From NCBI GenBank assembly GCA_045837725.1, contig JBEWZL010000098.1, positions 1 through 64,000 on the forward strand: a DNA stretch of 64,000 nt. The letters run 5' to 3'. The translations under genes were made by a program, and so were the position numbers. The DNA is from Vermamoeba vermiformis. Lineage: Eukaryota. Of the stretch, positions 1 through 13,261 are shown one piece after another (the first letter of the stretch is position 1; each line of letters starts with the position of its first letter). The notes beneath the pieces are model-generated. The model was not told the DNA's origin. It saw nothing but the letters and a program-made list of their open reading frames with translations, and ran no database searches.

Positions 1-345
1 ATTTCTTGGTTTCACATGCGAGAAGAAATGAGACAGACTTTGCAGTTGTTTGTTATCTAATGCATTGCTAATGCTTTGGTTTGACATTTAACGTTTTTTT
101 AAGTGTCTGATCTTGTATGAAATTGCTGAACTACTCTAGCTACCTTTACTTTACTACTTAACTTCGGATTGGATCTCGCCTTGTCGCGTAGCAGGAGCAA
201 CAAAAAAACAACAGTCTCGATGTGGGACTACAGGGACTTTATTAAGGTAAGGAACAATTATTTATAATAGAACAATTTAGTGGTGAATCTGACAAGTCAA
301 ACTATTCAGAACAAAGAGTTTGGTCGTATTCATCGACTAAGCAAT

Positions 346-1868
346 TTAGAAGGCCAAGGCAACGACAGCAAGAACAGAGCCGGCAACCAAGGTAACGGCG
401 CTGCTAGCCTTGGTGGTAGAGAAGTTGGAGTTGGCAGAAATAACTTCGTTGACCTTGGTCTCAACGGAAGTTTCATCAAAGCCGGCGGGAGGAGCGGACT
501 TGTCCCAAGAGACAGTGATGAGGAACGTGTTGTCACCAACTTTGTCAACACTGACGTACATGGCGTCAATGCCAAGCTTGTTGGAAATGAAGAACTTGAT
601 GTCTTCCTCGGTCAAGGTGAGACCCTTGACGGAGATCTCGATGGAGAGGGAGAAGCGATCGCTTTCAGGAACAGCCTCAGAGCAGTTCTCGCCGCGGTAG
701 AAGCCAGGGGCGCAGACAGGGCGGTCGAAGCCGTCGCAACGAGTGGTGGCAGTATCCTTGCAGACGGTACCGGCGCAGTAAGAGCAGCAAGCACCTTCCT
801 TTTGAACGTGATAGTCATCGTTCTGAGGGCAGTCACCAGTGAAGGCAGGGCAGACAACGGTGTTGCAGTAGTTGGCGTCACGGCACACGGGGCAGCAGTT
901 GTCTTCGACGCGAACAGAGACTTGACCATCAGCGCAAGTAAGAGCGGGACACACAACGTTGTCCCCGCACTCGCGCTCCTGCTTGCAGACAGGGCAGCAG
1001 TGGTTGTCATCGATTCTGGGGAAGGTACCGTTCTCGCAGGCAAGCTCGGGGCATACCACAGTGGAGCACTCAACCTTAGGAACGCACACCTTGCAGCAGC
1101 CGCTATCGACTTTTTGTTCACCGTCGCGGCACTCAACCGCAGGGCAGGCATCAGAGCTGCAGGAGTCAACAGGGCGGCAAGTAGCGCAGCAGTCATAAGG
1201 ACCTTTGAAGTCATGCTCACCTTCGGCGCAGTTGACTAAAGTAGTGGAGTGTAAGTGCAACGATTCATAAAACAACATCCGGATTCGAACTTACGTTGAG
1301 GGCACTCAACGTTCTCGCAGCTAGGAACGCAAACGGGGCAGCACTCGCCAGAAGGAACGACGGCACGCTCGTTGTCACCGCAGGTAACTTGGGAGCAGGT
1401 AGTGGAGGAGCAGGCAGGGCGTTCTTCGAAGGTACAGATTAGAATTGATTCCAAAAAGTAAGAGTTACTGATTTTCTTACCAGCGCACTCGCAAGAGGGG
1501 CAACCATTGCTGTTCTTCTTGAAACCGTAGGGGCAGTACAAAGTGCACGAAGGGCTGTCGCAAACTAGGGAAAATTAAATTAGTAATCCAAATCCGGTAG
1601 GTAAGTAGCAAAACAAGTCTTTACCAGGAGTTAAGTTTCTGCAGACCTCACGGCCTTCACCGTCCAAGTAGACGGCATTGCAACCGGCGTAACCGGTGCG
1701 GCAGGACTGGTAGACACAACCCACAGGAGCAGCGAGCGAGCAAGGATCAACGAAGCATTGATATCCGGAGGAGGGAGCGGCGACAGGAGCGGCGGAAGGA
1801 GCGGCGGGAGGTTCGCTAGCAAAGCAGGCAGTAATGAAGAGGCAGACAACAAGAGTCTTAAGCAACAT
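346..1868 (-). CDS. Cys-rich cell-surface protein (signal peptide, antistasin-like and VWC-like repeats, probable GPI signal); about 4 exons
   Basis: N-terminus MLLKTLVVCLFITACFA; CPYGFKKNSNGCPSCEC; repeated C-x4-C...CCPVC units; Ser-rich then hydrophobic C-terminus (SSAVTLVAGSVLAVVALAF*); GT-AG introns near 1566-1624, 1435-1480 and 1240-1294. Confidence 0.75.
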
Positions 1869-2578
1869 TTTCTCGTGTGATTGTTGATAAGAGGCTTGAA
1901 AAACTTGAATGAAAAGAGCCGTTGAGACAATTAAATCGGTTATTCTCCACGTGGGTTGTCATGGGTAAGAAAAAAACAAGATTTCAATTCATTACCGTAA
2001 ATATTGCAGGACTTTACAATTGTTACGGCCACCCGAAATATCCCAAAAATGGTCGAAGATCTCAATCAAATCACGTGGTTACTTAAGCATCGGTATCCCT
2101 TCTAAATTCGCTTACTATCCTCTGCAGTTGTACCGGAGTGATAGCCTAACTCAAACCACTCGAACGACTCAAGATGTCTGTTCGGTAAAGATTCGAAATT
2201 CATATTGGATTGAGAAATCTGCATGCTAATTAGAAGCTTTGCGATGTAATTGCGTCGTGGCACGAGGCAGGCGACATTTCAAATGAAAACTTGGTGATTC
2301 CTTACTGTCATTTTTCTTTCGCTTGACAGTAAACTCAACATCTGTGCTATTGTAGTTATTGTATCTGCACCTACGTCACGACCACGAGGTATGACCCATT
2401 TTGTAAACTTTACGCAGAGGAATATGCGTAGTAAAGGCATTAACGGTACAGAAGTCCTTCTAAATACATTGTATGTATACTAACATCGTTTGAATTATTC
2501 AATATAAGCTGCTTAGTAAAATTTTAAGAAGGTTTTCCTCACGAAACTACTTGAGACAATCGTGTTTTATTTACAAAT

Positions 2579-5500
2579 TTATAGCGTGATACCGTTCGCA
2601 CTGCAATATTGATCAATATGTTGACAGATTGATTCAAAATCAGGACGTTCATCTGCATTCATCTTCAAACACATTGATACGAGTTGTGACAGCAGTGGAT
2701 GCATGTCATTGGGAAGTGCTGGAATCAATCCTTGATCTCTGATCTTTGCTCCAATGGCGAGAACGTCTTCGTTAATGTGAGGTTCAGTTTGCGTGATGAT
2801 TTCAGTCAGAACGATGCCGTACATCCAGACATCCTAAAAAGGTGTTACATGTTTAGCATGAAGTGTCGTTAATGTCTAGGCACTTACGCTCTTTGGAGTA
2901 TTGATACGGGCACTCAGGGACTCAGGTGCCATCCATCTGATTGGTCCAATGTTGCTGTAAGTCTTTGACTCTTGGTTCACTTGCAACAAACGAGACATGC
3001 CGAAGTCCGACACTTTCGGCGTTCCTTTCTGCAACAAAACATTGCGTGCAGCCAAATCACGATGAACAATGTTATGCTTGTGAAGATGAAGCATGCCTCG
3101 GGCGATACCTTTTTGAGCGAGGGTTAGGGTTTGGCTTATGAGTTGTGGAAAATCATACCTGCAGCAATACGAATCTTCTCATGGTCGCTAATAGGCTCGC
3201 TTGTTTCAAAAAGCAAGTTATCAAGTGATCCACCGTTACAATACTCCAGAACAATGACAGGTTCAGGTCCGTCGATACTAATCGCAAGAAGTTGAACAAC
3301 GTTTGGATGAGGTGTCAGTTTCATCATCAGTGCTGCCTCACGCAAGAACTCATCCATCTTGCTTGGAACATTGCAGAACTTGAACGCAACTTGTGTTTGT
3401 TGCCATTTGCCGACATAAACTTTGCCAAAACTGCCAGAACCAAGTTCACGATCGAGTTTGAGTGATGATGAAGGAGTCAAGAATGATTTGTCAGCCAATG
3501 AGGTCATGATGTCCATGGACACTTGTTGACGAATGTTTCTTCTGAATCGACCCTTGCGCCATAGTACTACAACCACGATGAGCGCTACTATCAGAGGCAG
3601 ACCAATGCCGAGAGTAAAAGCCAACGCAAACACTGTTGCCTCGCTCAAGTCAGAACAGCTCGCAATGTCAGTTGCTGTGACTTCTACAACAAGCTGCCCA
3701 GCTGTGAAGTTAGTGCTCGACACTTGACTCTTCGTTGCAGTGTACTCGCGACACTTCTCTTCTCGTGCCACTGCCATTGAACCACTCATGAGGTCGCTGT
3801 AAGAATAAATGAACGATATCGGTGTGACCGACAATTGGTCTTGCACATTGGCACCTTGCGTAGATGTGACGGACAGTCCGATATCACCATTCACTCGAAG
3901 ACATTGCGTCCGAATGTCACTTGTCAAGTCAACGAACAACGTTGATCCTGAAGAGACCTCTAAGTCTATTATGCATAGTTAGTAACGCTTAAATGCGCTA
4001 CATTTACTCACATTGATACTGCAGAAACGATGAGATGGTTTCGTTTTGAGTGATAATCTTTCGAGTTCCTGAGCCTGACAGGCGAGACAGAGTCAGTTGT
4101 GCACGTTGTAACTAAGAGCAAGCTTCGAAATAGACTTACAAGGAGGGCTAGATTGACAGATGCTGACAGTCTGATCGCCGCAGCACAAGTTGTTTCCTGC
4201 CACGTTGCACTCCAACATTTGCACGGTCGGCTCAAAGAGACCGATCAGCTGGTTATTGGCCAGATTTCTACGATCGTTAGAAGAGGCCAGTTAACTGATA
4301 AAGTAATTATACTTACAACTGTTTGAGACTTATCATCGTATTGAATGAGTTGGGGATAACGCCGCTCAAGCGATTGTTCTGGAGCGTTCTGAAGGTTGAC
4401 ATGTTAAGAAGTTAAGTGACACGTGTCAAACTTTTTTCACGGTGACACTTACAAGGACGCCAAGCTTTGGAAGTTCTCAAACGTCGAAGGAATAGTGCCC
4501 TCGAGTTGATTGTTCTCCAATGACAGTTGAGTCAAAGTGCCGATAGATCCGAGCTCATCTGGGATCGTCCCCGAGAACGCATTGCTGTCAAGTTGCAGCA
4601 CCTGCAATGATATCATATTCGATATTGATTGTGGTATCACGCCTTGGAAATTATTAGAATTCAATTTCCTGTCCAAACGCAAAGTTAGAGCCACATTTCC
4701 TAATTTGGAAGTACGTACAAAGTGGTGAGATACTGCAGCGAAGTCAATGACGGAGGCAATGTGCCAGAGAGCTCGTTGAATTGAAGGTCGATCTCATTGA
4801 TTGAAGTCAGCGATTCAAAGAAGTCCGGTAGATCTCCTTCAAGTCTGTTGTTGGCAGCAGATCTGTCAAAGAGATATTATTTTTCCGCTTGTAGGGCACT
4901 TTGAATTATATATTGACGTACAGCTTAGCCATATGTTCCAACAGAGACAAAGACGATGGAATCGACCCTTCAAAATTATTGTTGCTCAGATCCCTGTAGA
5001 TGAGACGACGTTAGAAAAGCTCGAAAAGTGAGTAGACTTACAATTCTTGAATTAATCTCGATTTGGTGATATTCGGAATTACTCCGCTGAATCGATTGCC
5101 TTGAAGCTTTCTATATTAAGAATTATTAGTGCTTCGTAAATCTCGTTATTGTACTTACAATGTTCGAAGATTGAGAAATATCTCCAGAGCACTATCAGGA
5201 ATGGGCCCAGAAAAATGATTGAACGATAGGTCCCTAGACGAAATAGCCATAAAATTAGTCTCGTGATGTTTCAAAAACGAGTACGTACAAGGTGTTCAGA
5301 GAAGATCCAGAACCAATTTCAAACTTGGGAAATGCCCCTTCAATACTATTTCGACCAAGCAGCCTATGATAGCTGTTGGTTAGCTAGGAAGAATCGATTA
5401 AGTACAACAATAGCACGCACAAAGTATTGATCGCCCAAGCTGGATTCGGATTGAAAACTCCTGAAAATAAGTTTGACGAGACATCGCTAATAGAAAATAT

Positions 5501-7375
5501 TAATAACACCTATTAGGTATACTGGTTACTAAAGTCTCTTACACAAGTGTTAGTGACGTTATGTTGTAGAGCGGATCTAAAGTCCCGTTCAATCTGTTGA
5601 ACGCCAAGGTCCTTCAAATAGCATATATTGTATTAATATATCGCATTGTACCATGGAGATACTTACAAGGACAGCAAATTGCTCAGTTTCTGGAACGACG
5701 AAAGAGATCCGGTCAGTCGGTTGTTCGCCGCGGAAATCCTATGCAGAAAGGGAGTTAAATCCAGCAAAGCAAATTTAGTTTGCATCTTACATCGTAACAG
5801 AAGGAGATTCTAGCTCTGGAACCGTGCCATCTAACAGATTACCGGAAACATCGCTAATAAAAAATTAACTCGGATGTAAGAAAAATATTCATATCAAGCT
5901 TCGGTATTGCTAGGAGGTTTAATAATATTCCATAGAAAAACGATATCCTCCTTAATAACTTACATCACTTGCAAGTTCGAATTATTGAGGCGCGGAAAAT
6001 CTCCTGTGAGCCGATTGCCAGACAGCTCTCTTCCGATAATAATAAATCAGCTTACGTTCAGTTAAAAAAACAACTTATAAGCGTTACGTACAAATTTGAG
6101 CATACCATCTCTGGTAAAATTGGCGGAATTGTTCCTGTCAATTTGTTGTTCGATAGATCGCTACGCCAACAAGTAATGAGTATCGTAATATTAAAGAATA
6201 CGTGCTTACATAGCAGTTGATATGCTCGAATTTGAAAAAGAAGCTGGAATTGTTCCGCTAAGTTGATTGGCAATCAGGTATCTACCAGAAAATTAGTTAC
6301 TAGTGCATACATATTCGAACAATTCAACTCTGTTGGTATACATACAATGCAAAGAGCTTTTTGTATGAGAAAAGCTCCTCAGGAATCGTTCCAGTTAATG
6401 AGTTGTACGCAAGATCCAAATTTTGCAAGTTAGGCGACCAAGTTGCAGGAATGCTTCCCGTCAGCTTGTTGTTTCTTAAGTATAATTGTACTAAATCAGG
6501 ACTGTTTGCGAAGTTCTCGGGCACAGATCCGGAGAGCAAGTTGTTCGCAATTGTTCTGGCGCCAACAATTAATTATTTGGAAAAGACCAAATTATTATTC
6601 CTACATGTAATTCACCGTGTGGATGATATTTGGCAGTGTTCCTGTCAGTCTATTTCCGGTTAGCTCGCTAGAAAAAGATTAGTTACGAGATGTGCTAAAG
6701 TAAGGCCAACGACTTACACAAAAGCGCGCTTCGGATTAGAAAATACGCCAACGGGGATTGTCCCTTCTAAAAAGTTGCTTGATAAAACTCTGGCATTCAA
6801 AATGAATTAGATCACACCCGATATATGTCCAGATTTTGTTTTATCAACTTATATCGCAGTTGCGTTGCATTGGTCGAAAGAGGTGGGGATAGTACCACCC
6901 AACTGAGTATAGCTTATCTCCCTTAACGGAACGTTAATCCAATTTAATACACTCGTGGATCGACTTACAATCGCTGTAATTTAGGCAATAAAACTCCAAC
7001 AGAATTCGGTAATGAACCATCAACAGGTCTTCGCCTAATATATCTACAATTATAGCAAAATTAATTTTATTTTGATTGCGTAATCAAAATATTCTGATCT
7101 TGGTTAACTTACATTGCAATTAGCTCTCCCCCAGGATTGCATTGAAAATTAGTGCTGTAAACAGTGCAGACATCATCTAAAGGAAACAAAGAAGCAAATC
7201 CAGGCGAAGTCGATCTAAAATCTTCTATAAACTGATTACTTTCTGCGCTGAGTTGGCATTGCACGATTGATAATAAGTTGCATATATATAATAATATGCC
7301 CAACTTCTTGAACAGACAATGTGTGTTGCCATACTGCGAAAAATTATTTACACGCGCAAACAACGAGAGACGCAT
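2579..7375 (-). CDS. LRR receptor kinase 1 (plant-type extracellular LRRs, TM helix, tyrosine-kinase-like domain); many exons, start codon approximate
   Basis: LxxNxLSGxIP repeats in ~72-nt exons; TM FALAFTLGIGLPLIVALIVVVVLW; kinase motifs LGSGSFG, VAFK, HRDLAARN, DFG, GPIRWMAPE, DVWMYG. Confidence 0.9.
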
Positions 7376-7618
7376 TTGTGTCTTCTACGACTGGTATCAA
7401 ATTCTTCGTATTACTAACCGCCATAGGCAATAAAAACCATCGATGACATATTCGTCAGTGTGATTTTCGAAACTTCGTGGTGGATTTAGTTCTTTCATAA
7501 TTTCGTAATCGCACAATTGTGGTGATTGACATAGGGACCACAAGTGAATTACTTCACAATAAAATTTTAAGAAGGTCCGCACGAAACTACTTGAGACAAT
7601 CGTGTTTTATTTACAAAT

Positions 7619-10600
7619 TTATATCGTTATTCCATTCGCACTGCAATATTGATCAATATGTTGACAGATTGATTCAAAATCAGGACGTTCATCTGCATTC
7701 ATCTTCAAGCACATTGACACGAGCTGTGACAGCAGTGGATGCATGTCATTGGGAAGCGCTGGAATCAATCCTTGATCTCTGATCTTTGCGCCAATCTCGA
7801 GAGGGTCTTCGCTGACGTGCGGCTCTGCTTGCGAGATGATTTCAGTCAGAACGATGCCGTACATCCAAACATCCTGAAGGCACATCGTCAGTACACTACT
7901 AATAAGCGCTCAATAGTTCCAAACATACCGTCTTGGTGCTGTGCACTCGATTTTTGAGAGACTCAGGCGCCATCCATCGAATGGGACCGATGTTGCTGTA
8001 AGTCTTTGACTCGTTGTTGACCTGGAGCAGTCGTGACATGCCAAAGTCTGACACTTTAGGACTGCCTTTCTGAATCAACACGTTTCGTGCAGCCAAGTCA
8101 CGATGAACGATGTTATGCTTGTGAAGATGAAGCATGCCTCGGGCAATACCTGAACGAATGTTATTAGTACCGGGAATGACACGTGTCACAAAGTGTCATC
8201 TTACCTGCTGCGTAACGAATCTTCTCTTCGTATGAGATCGCCTTCGTTGAGTCGAACAAAATATTGTCAAGCGATCCACCATCACAGTACTCCAGAACAA
8301 TGACAGGTTCAGGTCCGTCGATACTGATTGCAAGAAGTTGAACAACGTTTGGATGAGGTGTCAGTTTCATCATCAGTGCTGCCTCACGCAAGAACTCATC
8401 CATCTTGCTCGGAACATTGCAGAACTTGAACGCAACTTGTGTTTGTTGCCACTTGCCGACATAAACTTTGCCAAAACTGCCAGAACCAAGTTCACGATCG
8501 AGTTTGAGTGATGATGAAGGAGTCAAGAATGATTTGTCAGCCAATGAGGTCATGATGTCCATGGACACTTGTTGACGAATGTTTCTTCTGAATCGACCTT
8601 TGCGCCACAGCACAATCACCACGATTAGAGCGATGATCAGCGGCAGACCAAGGCCGAGAGAAAAAGCGAGAGCAAACACTGTTGCCTCGCTCAAGTTCGA
8701 GCAACCAGCAACTGCAGACGCTGTGAGTGCGATGGTCAACGAACCCGTCGTTGTGTCCGTGGCAGGCGTGACTGACAGTTGAGCTGCAAAGTTGGTGCAC
8801 TTGTCGTTCGAAACAACGTTCAAATCACCAGTGGGAAGGGTGGTGAACGCGTGCGAATAAGAAATTGGCATGAACGTAGTGTCTTGTGAAGGCGTGCTTG
8901 ATACTAAGAGCTGGATATCGCCACTCAAACTGAGGCATTGAGTCTGAATGTTCGTGTTTGGATCAACAAGCAGCACAACTCCTGCGGGCACATCGAGCGC
9001 TAGAAAATACATGGTGAGTTCATTAATAACTCCTTTTGCATCGTAGTGCTTACATTGGAATTGCTGCGACATAGTGATGGTCTCATTTTGAGCAACGATC
9101 TTGCGAGTTCCCGAGCCTTAATGTAGACGTTAGGTACACGTAGAAATATGTGGAAGTAACTTACATGGAGAGCTAGCGCGACAAGCACCTGAGGTTAGAT
9201 CACCGCAACAAAAGTTGTTTCCTCCCAGATTGCACTCGACCAGGGCCATTGTTGGCTCGAAGAATCCCGTCAACTGATTACCGGCCAAGTTCCTGTTGCA
9301 GTGTTAGAGGTACTCATCGATAAACAGAGCACTTACAATTGCTTCAATCCTGTATTCGAGCTCAACGATGATGGAACAGTGCCACTCAGTTGATTGTTCT
9401 GAAGCGTTCTGAAAGCGAAAGTGTCAGATTAAAATGACACGTGTCACTCAAAGTGTCAACAATCGAAGAACTTACAATGAAGCCAGTGCACTGAGGTTCA
9501 GCAAGTTTGAAGGAATCGTGCCGTCCAAAGCGTTGTTCTCGAGTGCCAGCTGTGTCAATGAATTGAGTTGACCGATCTCTGCGGGGATCGTTCCTACGAA
9601 CTTGTTGCTACCCAATTTCCTGCATAGTATTGGTATCACTCGTACCAATAACGAAGTAATATTGCTTACAGTATCTGCGTCGACTTCATAGAACCAATAG
9701 CCGAGGGTATTGTCCCAGTCAGCTCGTTCGACGTTAACACCCTGAAATCAGGCCGGTTAGTTTCTGTTGAAAAAATTGTCTAATTTGTAGTCTTACAATG
9801 ACGTAAGGAATCGGAGGGTGGTAATTGAGGGCGGGAATGGTCCAGAGAACTTGTTGAACTCCAAATTGAGAGTCGATAGACGCGAGATTGTTTCGAAGAT
9901 ATCAGGAATCGTGCCTTCGAACTGATTGTTTGCTACGCTCCTAAATTTATTGAGTTAGTGCTGCGGATGTATAAATTGATGCGTCATTAGCTAACTCACA
10001 AGTCGGTTAGTTGCACCAACTGGCCAATACTTTCTGGCAATGTGCCGACGAACTTGTTGTTGCTCAAGTCGCTGTAAAAATTGTTTAGTAACTATAACAC
10101 GAGTTAGATCGCTGTACGTACAGTGATCCGAGCACGAAAGTGTTCGTAAAATTCGGGAAAGTCCCTGAGAACTGATTGCCTTGTATCTTCCTGCAAAGCG
10201 GGTTAATAACAATATAATTAATACTCTGGAGTACTTACAGCGACAGTAACGTAGTCAGACTGTTCAATCTATCTGCAGGAATAGATCCGCTGAATTGATT
10301 GAACGAGATATCACTTTTGAGGAACGTTAGAATATAGGAGTCATTATATAGTTCGGGAGCTTACAGGTAACGCAATGACGTGCCACTGACAATACCAAAA
10401 AGTGGAAACGATCCGACAAACTGGTTTGAATGAACGTAACTAAGGAGCCGTAAGTTAGATTTTTCGATTGTTGCTATTAATCCTTACATTTCCTGAACGG
10501 AGCCCCAAGCTGGATTAGGAACGAATTCTCCGGTAAAAGCATTTGATGATAAGTCCCTAAAAGTGTTAGCTATTTTCGGTTAGAGTGATATCACATACAG

Positions 10601-12373
10601 TTTAATCAGTTGAGTCAGCACTGACAGCTCATCCAAAGGGCCGCTAAAGCTATTAAGACTCAAATCCCTATTGAACAAGCAAAGTTGCGTTAATCCAGAA
10701 ATTCTCGAGATCCGACGACTTACAAAAAGGTGGCGCGGAACGCATTTTTGAACGACGGTAGTGGTCCAGATAACATATTGTTTGATATAGTACTGTTTTT
10801 AAACATTAACTTCTAACATATTGGTAACGATGAACTTACAGATCCGTAAGTGAAGTACAGTTCAAAGCATCATAAGGAATGGTTCCGGACAAGCGATTGT
10901 TCGGTAATTGCCTTTCATACATTATTGTCAATACGTTTAGCGCAATCAGCAATGGAATTTGACTTACAGAGCGGTAATTGACGAACCAACCAATGGGAAC
11001 TGGCCTGTGAGAAAGTTACTGCCCAAATTACTAATGAAATGTTAAAATGATTAAAATAAAGCGATGGATGAGATCATACAGATAACTGATCTGGCTTCTC
11101 GTGAGATCCGGAATCGTTCCGCTTAGTTGGTTGTTCGAAAGGTATCTAAAACATTCACAATTAATACTTAGTTCGAGCTAGACTCGATATACTTACACTG
11201 AACCAATTTTAGTTGTGGCGAACTCGGGTGGAAGAGTGCCGCTTAGCTTGTTACCAGAGAGGTCCCTGTCAGATTCGTTAACAACAAGATTTCAGATCTT
11301 GCTCCACGGTACATACAGTCTATATGTTATCGAGTTAAATAGACTTCCGGGGATAGTTCCGGTTAGACCATTCTGCCATAGGTGCCTATTTCATAGAAAT
11401 GAGTAACAGTTCGATCGCAGTTGGGTACAAACTTACAGCTCACTGAAACTTGATAGGAGCTCTGGAAGTGTACCCGTGAACAGGTTTGTGCTCGCGTATA
11501 CATTTTTTAGTCGAGGAAGTTGAAAGAGCGAAGGAGGTATGGATCCAGTTAAGAAATTGTTTGAAATCATACTTCAAGAGGAGGTCAAAACGATTTTGGA
11601 CAAAAAATAAAATCACTTACAATGTCGTTACATTTGGAAGGTTGAATTCCGGTAGGGTACCAGAGAGTTGATTGGATTGTAGGGAACTGTTCAAAAGTAA
11701 TTCGTAAGTTAACGCATCCGGACGGGACCCGGCACTGGACTCACATGGACAAAAGCCCTTCCATTCTGAACAAACTCGCGGGTATTGACCCTTCTAAGAA
11801 ATTTTGAGAAAGATCCCTACGATAATCATTGATTAGTACGAACAATGAAATAGTTTTTGATTGACCCACAAATATGCCAGGGATAGGTTTGCAATGCTCG
11901 GTGGAATAGTGCCAGTCAAAGCGCTTCTAGATATGAGTCTAAAAGAATAAGATGATTGAGCTTATTGACAAAGAAGCGCTTCTGGTTTGCCTTACAACGA
12001 CGTTAACATCGGAAGTGAGCCGAGAGAGTCTGGTATCGAACCGCCGAGTGTTTGTTGCAGATTTCTGGATGCATGGTTAGAGGATTAATCATGATTGCAA
12101 CGTTCATATTTAGGTGTTCCAAGAAAATTTGGATGTAATCCAGATCCCAACTTACATGCGCATTAAATGGCCGTTGATGTCACAAATAAACTTTGGTGTT
12201 AATGAACAAATATCTTTGCTTGCAAAACTGGCCGCGAATCCAGGAGAACTTGCAATAAAATCAGCAATAAATTGCGCATCTTCGGCTGCTAATTGAGCCT
12301 GTGTTCTGTCGTTGAATACAACCAACAAATAAATAAATAAAATCCACTTTGTGGATGCAAAAGGTAAACGCAT
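7619..12373 (-). CDS. LRR receptor kinase 2, tandem paralog of 2579-7375
   Basis: Signal peptide MRLPFASTKWILFIYLLVVF; same LRR/TM/kinase layout; near-identical juxtamembrane and kinase N-lobe. Confidence 0.9.
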
Positions 12374-13261
12374 TGTTTTGGATAATTAAATCGTTAGGTT
12401 AAAACTAAAATCGAGGATCGTTTTATGGGTCGTGAAAGCAAAATTGACCGATAAAATAATATCTCGCTCTTAGTATGAAAGTTACTTGTTATTGAATTAA
12501 AAACGAAAAAATATCATTTAATTTATGCAGATACCGTGTCATGTGTCACACATCACGTGACAACCCACGTGGTAGGCTTAATTTTTCGCGGAAGTGTCGT
12601 AACCACGTGAGGTTAGCGTGTGCGGGAGCACATTTCTTGCTATTTTACCAAAAAGTCTTGCTCCCATCTTCGTACAATGCGTACGCTTGAAGATCGGCCG
12701 ATCGCTAGATCCACTTAACAGGAAACACACTGCGTGGTCAAAACAATAAGATCTATAATGGCGTATTGTCCGTCAAGCTTACTACGTAGTGTCTACGAGC
12801 CACATCGACACAGTTTGTATGCTAACCTGTCATCCACGAACTGGCCCGAATCTGGATCTGCCAAACTACCGTAATTTCCTTCCGACAATTATAAGTATAA
12901 ACCTTATTCTGTCAATAATGACAAGTTACTCAGCGTAATTCTCTGCGAAGTGTCGAAACGTCATCGCCAATCAGTTTTCGTGAAAGGACAAATTCTGAGT
13001 TTTATCGTGTTCTGATCGAAGCTTCTGAAATTGAATCAAGAAGAAGTTTCGATTCTGATTAGCAATACTGATATATATAACGACCCTATCACCGGAAAGA
13101 TCAAGTTATGTTAATCGCGGATTGTTATTTATTATTTAAACCTAGTACGGTTTGTGCCTGATAGAGTTATCATCCTAAACATAAAATGCAAATGCGTCAA
13201 AAATACTGCTTTAATAACACATTAAGGCAAATACGGACCATTCTAAACTTTGCATCCGTTG

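Noticed and set aside
280-1239. 319-aa plus-strand ORF
   Set aside because: Antisense shadow of the Cys-rich gene; GTG start and no motifs
12600-13260. Possible ncRNA or gene remnant in the long spacer
   Set aside because: No ORF, box motifs or convincing structure seen by eye
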